Of a stretch of 64,000 nt of DNA, positions 60,630 through 64,000 are shown in pieces. The DNA is from Octopus sinensis (Eukaryota): assembly GCF_006345805.1 (NCBI RefSeq), contig NC_042998.1, positions 121,024,001 to 121,088,000 on the forward strand. Direction: 5' to 3'. The notes under the pieces were generated by a model, which was given only the letters and a program-made list of their open reading frames with translations, did no database searches and was not told the origin of the DNA. Within the stretch, counting starts at the first letter, position 1, and each line of letters begins with the position of its first letter. The position numbers were made by a program, and so were the translations under genes.

Positions 60630-62313
60630 CAATTGGACTTAATAGTTGATAGTGGTTGTTGCTGCTGTCATCATTATTTCCACAATGGCAGAAATTATAA
60701 AGAACCGAAAGCTTCACACCCAATTTTTGCTAATGTTTAATATATTTTGGAGAGAAAATTATCGTATGATGTTGGGAACATCAGTAGTTCAGTAAAAGGG
60801 ATTTAAGCAGTAATCAATATCTCTACAATACTGGTACTGCCTGAATGTTTTGACCAAGTGTTTCTTAAAATGATTTATTCCAGACACTATACCTAGAAAA
60901 TGGTTAGTAAGTAAAACATCAATATTCTTGACCTCTGTCCAATAATAGAAGCAATCATTGTATTCTTGTTGAGAAAAAAAATTTTGCAGGAAATTACCTT
61001 CATCAAGCTAATCATCAACTACACAACCATAATCAGTATCATTTCAAGATCTGATTGATGTTGTTATTGCTGCTATCTAGACTTCGATCAGCACTGATCC
61101 AACAGACTTAAGATCAAAAACGTTACAGCTGTAACCATCCTATCTTTTTAACAGACATAATATATTTACAACTACAACATTTAATGTGTCCTTCTTTGTT
61201 TAAGACGGTGTGGCATGAGTTAAGAAGGGAAATCTGGTTGCTATTTTTAGTAGATTGAATGACCACAGAGCAGTTTTCTCTTTTCATGCCAGTGTCAGTT
61301 GAATACATCTGTAATATCACACATTTTTATGCATCCCAGTCTTGCAACTCATATGTATGGGTCAATGGTCTCAACTTTCAACCAACTACAGTTCCTTTAA
61401 TCTATCTCTACAGTAAATGATTCTCTTCTAACCAACCTAAGCCTGCAGTCACAATGATTATAGCTACCAACTTAATACTACCTACATCATAAAAACCTTA
61501 TTAGTCTACCTAATTTAGTCAGCACAGGAAAATTTATACTATGAATACTTCACAGTTGAATAGTTGGCAATAGGCCATTGGTTTATACAAATATTTTGGT
61601 GTATGTATGCAAGTATGTGTGCATATAGATAGGTGTGTATGTATATGTAAGAATATGCCAGTGCCTGTATGTAAGTATTGTATCTAAAAGTATACGTATG
61701 TGTGTAAATATAACCAAAAAACATGCTCCAGAATGTTGACCAAGGATGAGTTGTGTAATATTAGAATGTTCCAGTAATATTCAAGAAAGACAACTTAATT
61801 GTAAATTCAATGTTTGCAATTACATGAATCTATATGAAACGTTAAGAAGAGAAAAATTTACCAATCCTAGTGGATAGGAAACCAGTCCATTGTCAGTAAC
61901 TTTTCTCATTATAGGAATTGAACTCAGTACACAAAGTCAACAAAACACGCTTTAGTACTATAGAGTTGCCACTACATCTAGCAGTGTATTATACTACACA
62001 AGTTACTAACATCCAGATAAGTGGACTCAACCATTAAAATATACTGCCTGTGCCATGGACAAAATACACAACCATTGTTAGGAATATAAACTGCTGACTT
62101 TATGGTTGCATCTTTTACTATTACATTATACTTAACCAATGTTTATAGATATATAGTATTAATAGGGGGGTGCCAGCATAGAAGGCAGATGTTAAATGAT
62201 GATGATGATAATGATGATGGCAAACCTTTTTCAGATTCCATCTACCAAATCCATTCAAAAGACTTTGGTTGGTCCATGGCTATAGTGGAAGATTCTTACC
62301 ATACACTAATGCC

Positions 62314-62346
<33 letters not shown>

Positions 62347-62399
62347 ATTGGTGAATTGAAGAAATGGAGCTGAACGCAGATTGAACAGAAATCGTTTTA

Positions 62400-62489
62400 T
62401 TTCATTCTACACGTGTTTCGAAAGGCACAAATTACCAAAATCCGATTGAATAATGGGACCATATTGTGTCTTTCTCTTCAGGAAGAAAA
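62400..62489 (-). ncRNA. Type I hammerhead ribozyme motif in a Penelope-like pLTR/retrozyme fragment (~62342-62620)
   Basis: CUGAAGA, 11-bp stem II (10 pairs), GAAA, palindromic ACACGUGU stem III, GUA cleavage triplet, stem I; AATAAA immediately downstream. Confidence 0.75.
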
Positions 62490-62621
62490 AAGGAAATCCG
62501 TTGGAAAAACAAAAACAGAACAGAGGCGGAGCAAAAAACAAATCGAACTGTGCTCCTAAGAGCCCATGGCGAAACTGTTGATTAATCTACTACAAGATTA
62601 TTCATCTTTCTATTTCACATA

Positions 62622-62657
<36 letters not shown>

Positions 62658-64000
62658 GTGTGTAACACATCCTACAGAATGATAGTTAGTATGTACCAAA
62701 TATATATATTTTATTAGTAACAAGACTATTGCCATGCTATTTACATGTTAATGTGGGTATGTTTGTACAGCATGCATTCTGTATATATGCATTTGTCTTT
62801 TCTACTCTAGGCACAAAGCCTGAAATTTTGAGGGAGGGGGTCAGTCAATTAGATCAACCCCAGTATGCAACTGGTACTTAATTTATTGGCCCCGAAAGGA
62901 TGAAAGGCAAAGTCAACCTCGGTGGAATTTGAACTTAGAACGTAAAGACAGACAAAATACCGCTAAGCATTTCGCCCTGCATGCTAACGTTTCTGCCAGC
63001 TCACTGCCTTTGTATTAGTATTAGTATTGCATGTGTGTATGGATATCATATATCATCATCATCATCGTTTAATGTCTGTTTTCCATGCTGGCATGAGTTA
63101 GACAATTTGACAGGAGCTGGCTAGCCGGGGAGTTGTCCAGACTCCAAATTGTCTGTTGTGGCATGGGTTCTACAGCAGGATGCTCTTCCTAATGCCAGCC
63201 ACTTTACAGAATATGTTGGGTGCTTTTTATGTGCCACCAGCATAGGTACACCTACACAGCACTGGCACAAGTGCCTTATACATGGCACCAGCACCTGTAA
63301 AGGACAAATATGGATGATAGTGATTTTACTTGGCTTGATGCGTCTTCTCAAGTACAGCAAACTGCCAGAGCCCCCAGCCTATTGTCATTTCCTCAGTGAG
63401 GCCCATATACATATATAACCATTAATCACTGTCTGTATTCTAAGCTGGCATGGGTTGGATGGTTTAACAGGATCTGACAAATCAGAGGACTGTGTTGAGC
63501 TCCAATGTCTGTTTTAGTCTGGTTTTTACTGCTAGATGCCCTTCTTAACACCGTATATAAAAGCACCTGTAGGAACTAAATTAAATGATGAAGTTCTCTA
63601 GAAATGTACATCTTAATATAACTGTGTAAGTATCATCATCTTCAACAACCAGACATCTGTATTAATATTACCTGTTTATTTTGAAACAATAAATTTTCTT
63701 GTTAATTTTGTCCTGAACTTCTAGAACATAGTTGGTTAAAATCTCTCCATTCTCTTTTCTGCATTGGTTAATTGATTCTCCCCATTGTCTTATCTACAAT
63801 TTAAGTTTATTGTGAAACATATACGAAAATTAGACAAATGGAACTAGTGACCGAGACCAGAAGGGGATGCATGAAAGAGCTGAGACATGATTAAATAGAA
63901 ATATTGAAGATATTTAATTGAACAATGTTCAATTTAAATGAAATATTCAATAGGTTCATAGACTATATGAAGTCAAAGATGTACAGGTGTGACAGCCAAA

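Noticed and set aside
60280-60723. 36-bp direct repeats as a CRISPR array, or repeat-protein ORFs
   Set aside because: The units are contiguous with no unique spacers and no cas genes, in a eukaryotic intron. The ORFs follow simply from a stop-free 36-bp unit.
48150-64000. Conserved RABGAP1 N-terminus (S-E/D-E/D-F-V-L-V-like motif) and a nested GPCR gene like vertebrate GPR21/GPR52
   Set aside because: I could not find either by eye. The true 5' exon probably lies outside the window or is too diverged to recognise.

Overview
AT-rich, CpG-poor animal genomic DNA. The repeat families point to a coleoid cephalopod, probably Octopus (inference). One minus-strand gene dominates the window: a RABGAP1/RABGAP1L-type Rab GTPase-activating protein (PTB, kinesin-like DUF3694 region, TBC, coiled coil). 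I reconstructed 20 GT-AG coding exons by hand between 48149 and 139. They total 2801 nt, their phases are consistent, and they encode 932 codons plus stop; the N-terminal exon(s) were not found. The introns hold a full-length but disabled CsRn1/Kabuki-type Gypsy LTR retrotransposon (30794-36078; 419-bp LTRs, GTAC TSD, sense to the host). They also hold an older Gypsy relic, two mariner copies, a Tc1 copy, a piggyBac derivative, CR1/RTE/Penelope fragments, many SINEs and simple repeats. Best leads: (1) a complete type I hammerhead ribozyme core at ~62.4 kb; (2) a 24-nt candidate neural microexon at 24067-24090; (3) splice signals and a -1 frameshift signal inside the sense-oriented Gypsy; (4) several intronic fold-back hairpins, one pri-miRNA-like and one with an ideal ADAR site. 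I found no CRISPR array, rRNA or intact tRNA. All alignments and folds were done by eye.
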